The translations under genes and the position numbers were made by a program. Positions 9,148 through 18,858 of a DNA stretch of 64,000 nt are shown here, piece after piece. Position 1 is the stretch's first letter; each line of letters starts with the position of its first letter. The stretch is from Rubinisphaera margarita (lineage in GTDB: Bacteria > Planctomycetota > Planctomycetia > Planctomycetales > Planctomycetaceae): contig NZ_JAKFGB010000012.1 of the NCBI RefSeq assembly GCF_022267515.1, positions 893,225 through 957,224 on the forward strand, read 5' to 3'. The notes under the pieces were generated by a model. That model ran no database searches and was not told the DNA's origin. It saw only the letters and a list, made by a program, of their open reading frames with translations.

Positions 9148-12100
9148 TCAGCTGAAGTCTCGCGACTTGCCGATGCGGGAGAATTCTTCCGACAAATCCC
9201 ACATGCGATCGACGACCACGTGCACGACCGACGACTCCCGCTGGAGAATTCCACGGACCATCATCGCGGTCGCCGTGCGAGCCGTGACGCGGAAGCGTTC
9301 CCAGGTGTTGGGATGCACGACGAGATTGGTGATGCCGGTTTCGTCTTCCAGCGTCATGAAGGTAATCCCTTTGGCGGTTCCCGGTCGCTGTCGCAACAGG
9401 ATCAACCCGGCGACTTTCACTTTGCGATCAGCGGGGTACGTTTCCAGAGCGGCGGCCGGAAGAGCTTTCATCTGTTTCAAACGCGAACGAATGAATGAAA
9501 CCGGATGGCGTTTGAGCGTCAGTCCGGTGTGACGATAGTCGTGCACCACTTCCGCCAGCGGAGCCATTCCCGGCAATGCTTTCGGAAGAGCGTCATTCGA
9601 TTGCGATTCGAGCAGGGTTTGCGTGAAACGTTCCGGCAACGATTCCCACAGCGCTTCGCGGCGGCTCAACTTGAGCGATCCAAACGCGTCGGCTCGGGCC
9701 AGTCGGGAGAGCACGCTGTTAGAAACGCCGGCCCGGTTGGCGACATCATCGATACTGAGGTAAGGCCGATCTCCCCGAGCCGCGACAATCTTCTCGGCTT
9801 CGCTCTGTTTCAGACCACTCACCATGCGGAAACCGAGCCGGACCGATCGATGTCTGGCGCTGGGTTTCTGCTCCAGTGTGCAGTCCCAGTCGCTGGAGTT
9901 GACATCAACTCGCCGAATTTCAACGCCATGCTCGCGAGCATCCCGGACAAGCGTGGCCGGCTGATAGAACCCGAGCGGCTGGCTGTTGAGCATCGCTGCC
10001 AGAAAGACATCGGGATAGTGACACTTCAGCCAGGAAGAAACATAAACCAGCAGCGCGAAGCTGGCCGCATGCGATTCTGGGAAACCGTATTCGCCAAAGC
10101 CGCGAATCTGGTTGAAGAGCCGCTCGGCAAACTCTTCGCTGTAACCGCGAGCCTGCATTCCCTGACTCAGCTTCTGATGAAAAGCATCCATCACTCCCGA
10201 CTTTCGCCAGGCCCCCATGGCCCGTCGCAATTGGTCGGCTTCGCCCGGCGTGAAGCCGGCCGCCACCACGGCGAGTTTCATCGCCTGTTCCTGAAAGATC
10301 GGTACGCCGAGTGTGCGATGCAGCACCTGCCGCACTTCTTCACTGGGATACTCGACCGCTTCCAGTCCATCCCGTCGTCGTAAATAGGGATGGACCATGT
10401 CTCCCTGAATCGGCCCGGGGCGGACCAGCGAAACTTCGATGACGAGATCGTAGAACTCTTTCGGCTTGAGCCGGGGAAGCATGCTCATCTGAGCCCGGCT
10501 TTCAATCTGAAAGACGCCGATCGTGTCGGCTCTTTGCATCATTTCATAAGTCGCCGGATCTTCCGCCGGCACTGTCGCCAGAGTCAACGGACGTTGATAA
10601 TGCCGTTCCAGAAGATCGAAGCACTTTCGCACGGCGGTGAGCATGCCGAGTGCCAGACAGTCGACTTTGAGGATGCCGAGAGCGTCGAGATCATCCTTGT
10701 CCCATTCCACGACCGTCCGTCCAGGCATCGAAGCATTCTCGATTGGCACGATCTCGCAGAGGGGACTGTTGGTCATCACCATGCCGCCCGTGTGCTGCGA
10801 CAGATGCCGGGGGAAGCCGAGGATGTCGATGACAAGCCGGTGTATCAGCTGGCCGAGACCGGAGTCCGGAGACAGCCCCGCTTCCTCCATTCGCCGGCCG
10901 ACCTTATTCACTTCGTTGTACCGTTCGAAGTTCTTCGCGAGCCGATCGATGCTGTCGAGTGAGAGTCCGAGCGCTTTGCCGACATCCCGCATCGCCGATT
11001 TGAGACGGTAGGTAATGAGCGTGGCTGTCATCCCGGCTCGTTCGCGGCCGTATTTCTCGTAGATGTACTGCAGCACTTCTTCGCGGCGTTCGTGCTCGAA
11101 GTCGATGTCGATATCGGGAGCTTCATCGCGTTCTTTGGATATGAAGCGTTCGAACAGCACATCGATGCGAGCCGGGTCGACCGAAGTGACGCCGAGGCAA
11201 TAACAGACGGCGGAGTTGGCGGCTGACCCGCGCCCCTGACAGAGAATGTCTCGGCTGCGGGCGAAGCGGACGAGATCGTACACCGTCAGGAAGTAGGCTT
11301 CGTAATGGAGCTCGGAGATCAATTCGAGTTCATGCTCGACGAGTTGTCGGACGTTGTCCGGGATGCCGTCCGGGTAACGTTCCGCAGCTCCCTGCCAGGT
11401 GAGTTCGTTCAGATACTGCGAGACCGTGAGGCCGGGCGGGCAGAGTTCTTCGGGATATTCGTAACGGAGTTCATCGAGCGAGAACTGGCAGCAATCGGCA
11501 ATGGCAGCCGTGCGACGAATCAACTCGGGATGACTTCCGAAGTGAGACTGCATCTGCTGTGGCGATTTGAGGTATCGTTCCGCGTTGGGAAACATCCGCA
11601 GTCCGAGGTCGGCGACGGCACAACGATGGCGGGTGGCGGTCAGCACATCCTGCAGGACGCGACGGCCGGGCACGTGATAGTAAACATCGTTGGAAGCGGC
11701 GGGGAGAACGCCGGCGGCTTTCGCGGTCTGCAGCTGCTCGGCCAGCAGATAGTCATCCCGATCGGTCAGATGGCGATGGGCCAGTCCGTAACAGCGATCC
11801 CCATAGAGTTCCCGGTAACGGATCAGATCGTCGACACTGCAGTTGACGGTCGACTCCGTCGGCCGGGCCAGCAGCGGGACACAGGCAATCAGATCGGCGG
11901 AGAACTCGGTCAGGTCCCGGAATCGAAGTTCACAACTCCCCTTCTCTGCCCGGGTGCGGCCGCGGGTGATGAGCCGACATAACTGACTGTAACCATTCCG
12001 GTTCATGCAGAGCAGAACAACAGGCGGAGCATCGACCGGAGTAATCTCGGCTCCAATCAGCAGCTTGAGGCTGGCCTGTTTCGCGGCCACATGAGCCCGA

Positions 12101-12336
12101 ACAACCCCGGCGAGCGTGTTGCGATCGGTGATTGCCATCGCCCGGTAGCCAAGTTCGGCCGCTCGTTCGACCAGCTCATCCGGATGCGAGGCTCCCTCCA
12201 GAAACGAGAAGTTCGACTTGCACTGCAGTTCGGCAAACGGCAGCGCGCGGTCTTCCCGCGATCCGGCCCGCTGAGCATGAATCTCGGGGTGAACCTGTCG
12301 AGCTTTCTCAAAGGCGAGTTCGGGCATTCGGGGCAA
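9148..12336 (-). CDS. dnaE2: Error-prone DNA polymerase III alpha subunit DnaE2
   Basis: 1062 aa with PHP domain and polymerase core motifs. Operon context imuA-imuB-dnaE2. Confidence 0.9.
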   Translation of the reverse strand: MPRMPELAFEKARQVHPEIHAQRAGSREDRALPFAELQCKSNFSFLEGASHPDELVERAAELGYRAMAITDRNTLAGVVRAHVAAKQASLKLLIGAEITPVDAPPVVLLCMNRNGYSQLCRLITRGRTRAEKGSCELRFRDLTEFSADLIACVPLLARPTESTVNCSVDDLIRYRELYGDRCYGLAHRHLTDRDDYLLAEQLQTAKAAGVLPAASNDVYYHVPGRRVLQDVLTATRHRCAVADLGLRMFPNAERYLKSPQQMQSHFGSHPELIRRTAAIADCCQFSLDELRYEYPEELCPPGLTVSQYLNELTWQGAAERYPDGIPDNVRQLVEHELELISELHYEAYFLTVYDLVRFARSRDILCQGRGSAANSAVCYCLGVTSVDPARIDVLFERFISKERDEAPDIDIDFEHERREEVLQYIYEKYGRERAGMTATLITYRLKSAMRDVGKALGLSLDSIDRLAKNFERYNEVNKVGRRMEEAGLSPDSGLGQLIHRLVIDILGFPRHLSQHTGGMVMTNSPLCEIVPIENASMPGRTVVEWDKDDLDALGILKVDCLALGMLTAVRKCFDLLERHYQRPLTLATVPAEDPATYEMMQRADTIGVFQIESRAQMSMLPRLKPKEFYDLVIEVSLVRPGPIQGDMVHPYLRRRDGLEAVEYPSEEVRQVLHRTLGVPIFQEQAMKLAVVAAGFTPGEADQLRRAMGAWRKSGVMDAFHQKLSQGMQARGYSEEFAERLFNQIRGFGEYGFPESHAASFALLVYVSSWLKCHYPDVFLAAMLNSQPLGFYQPATLVRDAREHGVEIRRVDVNSSDWDCTLEQKPSARHRSVRLGFRMVSGLKQSEAEKIVAARGDRPYLSIDDVANRAGVSNSVLSRLARADAFGSLKLSRREALWESLPERFTQTLLESQSNDALPKALPGMAPLAEVVHDYRHTGLTLKRHPVSFIRSRLKQMKALPAAALETYPADRKVKVAGLILLRQRPGTAKGITFMTLEDETGITNLVVHPNTWERFRVTARTATAMMVRGILQRESSVVHVVVDRMWDLSEEFSRIGKSRDFS

Positions 12337-12496
12337 TCAGTGGTGCAGGTCAGGTATTTATAAGGATGGCCCAGAGATTCATCTCTGAGTGACGAAGTCA
12401 CAAGCGGTTTGTCTTCGATCTGTTTTCAGTCAGTCCAGGTACGTGATTGCCGGCCTTTGTTGCGGGCGCGGGACTTACAGCAACGAGAGTTTTGCC

Positions 12497-12628
12497 GGGT
12501 AGCCCCGGTTGCTCCGCTACCGGGGCCGACGCAGTCGGCAAGAGGTTCCAACGATCAATTCAAATTGAAGGCGTGTTGATGGACCTCTTGTGGCTTCGCC
12601 ACCCCGGTTGAATCAACCGGGGCTACCC
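12497..12628. repeat. Nested inverted-repeat (long imperfect hairpin) element in the imuB-dnaE2 spacer
   Basis: Outer IR GGGTAGCCCCGGTTG (12497-12511) pairs with CAACCGGGGCTACCC (12614-12628). Inner IR CAAGAGGTTCCA / TGGACCTCTTG. Central palindrome TCAATTCAAATTGA. Two local hairpins share CCCCGGTTG. Confidence 0.6.
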
Positions 12629-12738
12629 CTTTGGCATGATTCATAATGTGAATTCACGAAGAGCGGTGAAGACAAGCCTCCTGTTGCTGCGCAACACAGA
12701 GATGAATCTCTGTGCCATCCCTTCGTGTCCTGCGGGGA

Positions 12739-14256
12739 TTAATCAAAGCAGCCGTGTAAGTACCAGTCGCGTTGTTCCCTTCTTCGAAAGAGCCAGAATC
12801 GCTGGTGGGTCGTGGTTTCGACGCGGTAGTAATCGCGGCGGATGGCATCGTCCCGCCACCAGCCGGTTTCAAGTCGTTCGGGGCCCCAGGTGATCTCGGC
12901 GATGTGTTCCTGTTGATCCCACCAGAACCGCAACGGCGGACCGTTCGGGATCACGGAATTCACCCGGATGGCGATCGGCTCGGAGAACAGTGACAGCGGC
13001 CGTAGCGGGCGGGAGAAGAGGGATTCGTTCTTTCGCACCGCCATCGGAGGTTCCAGAGCCGGGGTGAAACTCACGCTCCGTTCGGGCTGGACGTCTTCGA
13101 CCAGTTCCGCTTTCAAGACCGCCTGATCGCCGAGACGCGTGGTGAGTCGGTTGATGAGTGTTTCGTACTCGCGGGTTTCGATCGTCGAATCGTCTTCGAA
13201 CAACGTGCGGCGACGAAAGCGGAGCGATGCAGTTTCCGCGGCTCGCAGCACAACGCGGTCAATCTCGACACGCAGCTGCATGGTCTCCAGCTTGAGAGCG
13301 ATCAGGTTCCACAGCTCCTGCTCGGCCAGTGTGGGGCGGATTGTGCCGAGAGTCAACTCGAGTACAGGTTCCTTCCCGTTAAACAGCTGAACCTGCAGTC
13401 GTAACAGGCCGTGCTGCTGCTTCTCCAGTTGAGCCAGCAAATCCTGAAGCACCCGTTTCAGCACAATCTCGATGAGATACTTCTCGGTGATCGGATACTC
13501 GAGAACTTCATCGGTCCAGACCGGTTCGGGCAACACTTCCGGAACGAGGACTTCGGTTCGGTGACCCTGGAACTGTTCGAGTCGCGCAGGAAGTTCCTCG
13601 CCAAACCGGGGCTTCAACGATTCTCGCGGCAGCCGGAGAATCTGGTCGATCTCTTTCAGATCAAACTCCCGCAGTCGAGCGGACAGAGCGTCCGAAAGGC
13701 GCAGCGCTTCCACCGGCAGTCGTGGTGAGGACTTCTGGGAATCGACGATCTGAAAACTGTTCGAGCGATGGACGCCGTAATGAGCCACGCCCCACGCCAT
13801 GCCAACCGTATCAGCAATGGCGATGCGGCCTGCGAGTCCACGATCGTTGAGGAACGTGATTAGCTGGCGACAGAACTCTCGCTCGCTGCCATACAGATGA
13901 ATGCAGCCGGTCAGATCGAACAGCAGGCTGTCGAGCGGAGGTGTTTCTTCAATGCCGACAATGGGGCTGAAGCACTGGCAGGCGATCGCCAGTCGGCGGA
14001 GCGCGTGGTAATCGCGAGCCGGACTGGCTTCGAGAATCTGCACCGGCTGCGACCAGCGAAGTTTGGCATCGGTGAGCGGCATGCCCGTGCGGATGCCTTC
14101 CCGGGCAAGATCGGCGGAAGTCTGAACGACCACCTCGCCAACGCGGGCCAGCTTCTCGAAGAACAGCAGCGGAGTTCGTTTATGCTCGGGCTTGTCCTGG
14201 CGGTAACATTGAATGGACCAGCGGGGGAGCCACAGGCAGGCGATGCGTCTTGTCAT
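12739..14256 (-). CDS. imuB: ImuB, Y-family polymerase-like component of the mutasome
   Basis: N-terminus MTRRIACLWLPRW matches the ImuB pattern. ~505 aa. Overlaps imuA by 77 nt. Confidence 0.85.
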   Translation of the reverse strand: MTRRIACLWLPRWSIQCYRQDKPEHKRTPLLFFEKLARVGEVVVQTSADLAREGIRTGMPLTDAKLRWSQPVQILEASPARDYHALRRLAIACQCFSPIVGIEETPPLDSLLFDLTGCIHLYGSEREFCRQLITFLNDRGLAGRIAIADTVGMAWGVAHYGVHRSNSFQIVDSQKSSPRLPVEALRLSDALSARLREFDLKEIDQILRLPRESLKPRFGEELPARLEQFQGHRTEVLVPEVLPEPVWTDEVLEYPITEKYLIEIVLKRVLQDLLAQLEKQQHGLLRLQVQLFNGKEPVLELTLGTIRPTLAEQELWNLIALKLETMQLRVEIDRVVLRAAETASLRFRRRTLFEDDSTIETREYETLINRLTTRLGDQAVLKAELVEDVQPERSVSFTPALEPPMAVRKNESLFSRPLRPLSLFSEPIAIRVNSVIPNGPPLRFWWDQQEHIAEITWGPERLETGWWRDDAIRRDYYRVETTTHQRFWLFRRREQRDWYLHGCFD

Positions 14257-14944
14257 CGGTCAGGCGTCCTGTCAGTTCGTCAAAGTGCACTCGTATTTCC
14301 CGGTTTCCTTCCAGGCTCTGCACGCGTCCCTGTGCTCGTCCTCCTTCAAGTTGAATTCGTAACGGTCGTCTCTCCATCAGTCCCGATGTCGGCAACGGCT
14401 CGATCCGCAATCGGAGGTCGGCCCAGCGTGATCCGGCTGCATGAGCCGTGTTCTGCACCAGGAAGCCGAGTGTCTTCCCGGTTTCGGCGGCCAGTAGAAA
14501 CCGGCGATAAACCGTGTTCGCCTGATAGCGGGAGACATCGAGCCCCAAACAGAAGACCGCCCCGATTCCCGGACAACGCAACGCCTGCTCGGCGGCCCAA
14601 AGAGCTTCCTGCGTCGATCGCGGCCGGATAATCAGGAGCCGATCGAGCGTCCAGCCAAGGCGGAGAATGGCCGGCGGATGGAACCGGTTTCCGGGATCGA
14701 TCACCACAATCGGGCAGCCGCTCCGCAGAGTTTCAGAACTCGCCGCAAAGGCCAGTGATCCGGCCAGAGAACCCGGTTCAGCCAGCCATTCGACCAGCCC
14801 GCAAACGGGGAAACGTCCCCCCGGCAGCAGCCGGGAAAGGGCTCCCTCTTCTTCCGATCGCCCGCCGAAATCTCGCCCGGCTGTTTTGTGCAGCTGCGCT
14901 CGCAACTGTTCGAGAACCAAGGATCGGGACGTGGAGGCAGACAT
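14180..14944 (-). CDS. imuA: ImuA (RecA/SulA-like fold) mutasome component
   Basis: First gene of the cassette. Start taken at the ATG at 14944; the ORF-track start at 14968 is a TTG. Confidence 0.65.
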   Translation of the reverse strand: MSASTSRSLVLEQLRAQLHKTAGRDFGGRSEEEGALSRLLPGGRFPVCGLVEWLAEPGSLAGSLAFAASSETLRSGCPIVVIDPGNRFHPPAILRLGWTLDRLLIIRPRSTQEALWAAEQALRCPGIGAVFCLGLDVSRYQANTVYRRFLLAAETGKTLGFLVQNTAHAAGSRWADLRLRIEPLPTSGLMERRPLRIQLEGGRAQGRVQSLEGNREIRVHFDELTGRLTDDKTHRLPVAPPLVHSMLPPGQARA

Positions 14945-14960
14945 CGTGAAATATACCAAT

Positions 14961-14993
14961 ATGGACAAACGGATATAATTTGAGTTTGTCCAT
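14961..14993. promoter_or_regulatory. Perfect 10-bp inverted repeat ATGGACAAAC-N13-GTTTGTCCAT overlapping the imuA start/promoter (candidate SOS-type operator)
   Basis: Read directly from the sequence. The spacer contains a TATAAT-like segment. Confidence 0.4.
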
Positions 14994-15414
14994 CAATCCA
15001 TCGGTTGTCAACGGCACTTTCTGGAGGAAATGTGACCCGGATCACAGCCTTCCGGCACGTTTCGCGAGATACTGAAACAGTTCCGTCATCCCGAAAATGC
15101 CCTGAAAAACAGTGAGATCTCATGCGAATTGGCATTCTGCTTCCCCTGTTCATGTTGCTGCCGATCAGCAGTGTTTTCTCTTCTGAAAAGAGTGAGAAGC
15201 CGCTGCCGCCGGGCAAGCTGGGCCGAGTGGTTGAACTCGGGCGGGAGATCGTCAACCGCACCAGCGAGCATCCTCTCTCCCGGGAGTATGTCGGCAACTC
15301 GCTCAGATCGGCCTGTAAACCGGTGAGGTCCGCCGGAGTTCCGGTTGAAAAAGCACTTGCCGGAGACGGGAAAAATGGGCGTGTATAACGGAAAGGCCGA
15401 GTGATGATCTTCGT

Positions 15415-15795
15415 CTATTGAACGACGTCCCTGTTCTTTCGATTCACCACTGCGAAAGCGAGAAGGGAAACAAACGCGATGACCAACCACACGAAGTGGA
15501 AATCGCCGTCGAGACCACGCGGAAAGGCGATGTTGAGGACGGCTTCGACCAAACAGGCAATCATGCCAATGGCGAGCAACCAGATATGACGAGCCGTCGG
15601 ATGGTTCCGCCAGAGTTGTGGGATCATTCGGATTCCAAGAACCAGCCCCAGAGCGGATGGAATCAGAATTCGAGCCCACGGATGAAACTGCGTGAACGAC
15701 GCGATGACCGAACCAAGAAGCAGCGCGACAACCAGAACGGGCCATCCTTTGACGACCTCGTCCAAGGAATCGGGATCAAGCTGGAATGATTTCAC
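15415..15795 (-). CDS. Small integral membrane protein (4 TM), hypothetical
   Basis: Hydrophobic-helix periodicity; no recognisable family. Confidence 0.4.
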   Translation of the reverse strand: MKSFQLDPDSLDEVVKGWPVLVVALLLGSVIASFTQFHPWARILIPSALGLVLGIRMIPQLWRNHPTARHIWLLAIGMIACLVEAVLNIAFPRGLDGDFHFVWLVIAFVSLLAFAVVNRKNRDVVQ

Positions 15796-15978
15796 CTGAC
15801 GGACTCCTCTGCTCCACTGTGACTGTTCGGATAATCGGCCACAACGCCGGGAATCTTACACGGGCCCCGATCGGCTGAGCCCGGGACGTTGGTTCCTCCC
15901 TGCGAACGGGACCCGTCGTGGAGCTACGTGCTGAAGCGATCGACCGGGACGAGCCGATGCATCACGATTCCTTCATAA

Positions 15979-16857
15979 TCAGCGGACCACAAGTACTGAG
16001 CAGGGGGCGTGCCCGGCGACTCGATAGGCGACACTACCGAGCAGGAACTGTTTGATCGCCCCGTGTCCCTGATGGCCGACGACGATCAGTTCCGGTTTCC
16101 AGCGATCGGCGACCTGCAGGATCTCTTCGGAGATGTTTCCACTCTGGTGGAGTTGTGTCTCAATCGAATCGGAAACGTCGGAGAGCACTTCCTTCGTTCC
16201 ATCGAGAAACTGCTGGCAAAGCTCCACTTCCCGTTTCCACTCGGCGCTGGAGTGCTGCAAAGCATCGACATTGAACGCTTCCACCAGATGGATGACACGC
16301 ACGATGAGCAGTTCAATCCTGCAACGCCAGGGAATCTCTTTCAAAAACTGAATCGCTCGATCCGAGGGTTCGGAGCCATCGCAGGCCAGCATCACCCGCA
16401 GTGTTTCCGGACTGCGGGTTGTGTATTCAGCGGGGCGATGGAGCAACACGGGACAGGAAGAATGACGAACAACGGTCGAGGAAACACTTCCCAGAAGAAA
16501 CTTCTTGAATCCCGAGAAGCCGCGGGCTCCCAGCGCGATCAGATCCGCGTTGTCCTTACTGGCTCGAGCGACGATCTCGTGCGCCGGATTCCCCTCTAAC
16601 AGAACTTCCCAGGGCTGCCAGCCGGAACCTTTGAACCGCCCGACCGCCTGCTCCAGGTCGACACGAGCCTGATACCGAGCCGATTCCGTCAGCTTCTGCT
16701 GCAGATCCATGTTTTCGTAGCCATAAGCGGCCACGGAGGGGACGGGAACAACCGAGACAAGTTCGGTCGTCATCTCCTCGCCACGGAGTGTTTCCAACAG
16801 AAAGTCTTCGTTCGCCCGGGAATGCTCGGAACCGTCGATGCCAATCAGAAGTTTCAT
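15979..16857 (-). CDS. Universal stress protein (tandem UspA domains)
   Basis: Two USP-like halves (MKLLIGIDGSEHS...; ...LVVGHQGHGAIKQFLLGSVA). Confidence 0.8.
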   Translation of the reverse strand: MKLLIGIDGSEHSRANEDFLLETLRGEEMTTELVSVVPVPSVAAYGYENMDLQQKLTESARYQARVDLEQAVGRFKGSGWQPWEVLLEGNPAHEIVARASKDNADLIALGARGFSGFKKFLLGSVSSTVVRHSSCPVLLHRPAEYTTRSPETLRVMLACDGSEPSDRAIQFLKEIPWRCRIELLIVRVIHLVEAFNVDALQHSSAEWKREVELCQQFLDGTKEVLSDVSDSIETQLHQSGNISEEILQVADRWKPELIVVGHQGHGAIKQFLLGSVAYRVAGHAPCSVLVVR

Positions 16858-16994
16858 ACGTGTCCTGCTTTCATGGTGCCGGCGACTTGGAAGTTGATGG
16901 AATCAGTGTACCTGAAGGACCAACGGTTCCGTTCGCATAAAATGCAATCAGGCGAAAACTCGCTCATGCACGGAGACAGGTAGATCGATCCGCT

Positions 16995-17471
16995 CTAATC
17001 TTCGACAATGAGCGTGTCTCGAACGTACCGGTGGCATTCGATGCACTTCATCGTCACGTCGATCCATTTTAAAGCAGACCGGTCCAGAGAGCGATCATCG
17101 GAGGCCTTAATCAGGTCGTGGGTCACGCGTTGAAATTCGCTACTGAATTGACGGTACATCGCATCGTTGGAATAGTTCCATTTCTCGACTGTGCTCATTT
17201 TATAAAGCCGACTGGCTCCATTCCCGATGAGACGGAAGTCTTCGGTTGTCAGTCCCTCCAGAATATCTGTAGAGGCCTTGAGTTTCTCCCGCATGAAGTG
17301 CTGGAGAAGTTGATCCCCGGGAGCATCTGCAACGGGTCGTTTCGTCTCAGCCTTATTCGACTTGGGTTTAGACTCGTCAGATTCTCCCCGCAAACTGGGA
17401 CTGATAAACGCAGAAAAGAACAGGGCCGCGGCCGTGCACCCGACCAGTGTCACGAATCGTGTCTGTTTCAT
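16995..17471 (-). CDS. Secreted class II c-type cytochrome (cytochrome c'-like)
   Basis: Signal peptide. Single CIECH (CXXCH) motif 14 residues from the C-terminus of a ~130-aa helical mature protein. Confidence 0.5.
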   Translation of the reverse strand: MKQTRFVTLVGCTAAALFFSAFISPSLRGESDESKPKSNKAETKRPVADAPGDQLLQHFMREKLKASTDILEGLTTEDFRLIGNGASRLYKMSTVEKWNYSNDAMYRQFSSEFQRVTHDLIKASDDRSLDRSALKWIDVTMKCIECHRYVRDTLIVED

Positions 17472-17529
17472 CGAGGGGTTCGCTTTCTTGAAAAGGACGC
17501 AATGTGTTCAGGAAGAGTAGAACGATGAC

Positions 17530-17952
17530 TTATCGATCAACCACGGTCTCGTCGTTGCGTTCAATCTGATCGAGCCGTTCCACGAGGAGGTCGAACTCCC
17601 GCCCGACATCCACCCAGTTCATGAAAGGCGTTTCCTGGGCTCTGAGTCGCTCGACATCAACCGCGAGACGGTCAAGGAACTCCGCGTGCTGCCGTAGAAT
17701 TTGATCAAATTCGGAGGTGGCGATCGGCTCGCCGAGTTCTCTCAGGGACTCCAGTCGCTGTTCGGTGTAGACGAAGTGTTCTACCAGCCTCTGCCTCAAC
17801 TCGTCGATGCGTCGACCGAACTCCTCAAACATCGGTCCTCGGCCGAGCTCGTGAACTTCATTCCAGAACGTCGAAAGATCCTTAATCGCCGACTCGATTC
17901 TGGTTGTATCGAAGACGTCATTCGGTACGGATTGAAGGGACTTTGGTTTCAT
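17530..17952 (-). CDS. Hypothetical all-helical protein
   Basis: Coding-like composition. Lies between the response regulator and the cytochrome c' gene on the same strand. Confidence 0.4.
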   Translation of the reverse strand: MKPKSLQSVPNDVFDTTRIESAIKDLSTFWNEVHELGRGPMFEEFGRRIDELRQRLVEHFVYTEQRLESLRELGEPIATSEFDQILRQHAEFLDRLAVDVERLRAQETPFMNWVDVGREFDLLVERLDQIERNDETVVDR

Positions 17953-18183
17953 CGGTATCTCCTTTCAGGTGGTACGGCCGTGCCTCACTAGCAGGATGAG
18001 ATAGCGAGAACTGTGCGGGCAGGCTCGCGAGGGCACAGAGGATGGAAACCCGTTTCCTGACTGGAGCGATCGTAAATATAAATCTCCGAGGAGTCTGTCT
18101 GGAAACTTGCTGATGGCGTGTCGAGAAATTCGCCACACGTGGAAGGGAAGCCTGGTCCGGCTTGTCAGCAGGTGTCGGCAGGT

Positions 18184-18840
18184 TCAGCCGCGTTCGAGCA
18201 CCCACTGGGAAGCGCGGCGGGCCAGGTCGGCCATCGAATGGCAATCGAGCTTCTGCTTAATACGGGCTCGATAGGTCTCAATTGTGCTTGAGCTGAGAGT
18301 CAGCGCCTCGGCGATTTCTACAGTCGTCCGTCCCAGGCCGATCTGTTCATAGACCTGAAGCTCGCGATCGGACAGAGCGTCCTCCGGCTGGTTCTGAAGA
18401 CCGGACTGTCCCATGACCAGCCGGTGAAGCAGGGTCGACGACATCTCAGAAGAAAGATAGATCTTGTTGTCAAGTACACTCCGGATCGCGGTCACGATAC
18501 TGTCCGTAGCGGCCTGCTTGTTGATGTACCCCATAGCCCCCGCCCGAAGAGCGCGGTCGGCATAAAGATCCTCGTCGTACATCGACCACACCAGAAAGCG
18601 GACGAACTCGTTCTCTGCGCGGGCCTGGCGAATCAGGTCGAGACCGTTCCCCGATTTGAGAGAGATGTCCACCACCGCCACCTGCGGTCCCGTACGACGG
18701 ATCAACTCGAGTCCATCGGCGACATCTTCAGCTTCACCGCAAACAGTCAGATCGTCTTCCAGCGAGATCCTCGTCGCCAACCCGTCCCGCACGGCAGGAT
18801 GGTCATCAATGATCGCGATCTTTTGGGGATGTCCCGACAT
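18184..18840 (-). CDS. Response regulator, NarL/FixJ family (REC + LuxR HTH)
   Basis: REC motifs IAIIDDHP...VAVVDISL and a C-terminal LuxR-type HTH. Confidence 0.9.
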   Translation of the reverse strand: MSGHPQKIAIIDDHPAVRDGLATRISLEDDLTVCGEAEDVADGLELIRRTGPQVAVVDISLKSGNGLDLIRQARAENEFVRFLVWSMYDEDLYADRALRAGAMGYINKQAATDSIVTAIRSVLDNKIYLSSEMSSTLLHRLVMGQSGLQNQPEDALSDRELQVYEQIGLGRTTVEIAEALTLSSSTIETYRARIKQKLDCHSMADLARRASQWVLERG

Positions 18841-18858
18841 TAAGTGCCCGCCCGTCTT

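Noticed and set aside
9505-11982. Several 190-290-aa plus-strand ORFs
   Set aside because: All lie antisense inside dnaE2; Arg/Gly-rich shadow frames.
15122-15388. 88-aa signal-peptide ORF divergent from imuA
   Set aside because: Weak ribosome-binding site and no recognisable fold. It may be a real small secreted protein, but support is insufficient to call it.
17530-17952. Possible hemerythrin-like domain
   Set aside because: It has only three His and lacks the H-HxxxE-H-HxxxxD ligand set. Kept as a hypothetical helical protein.
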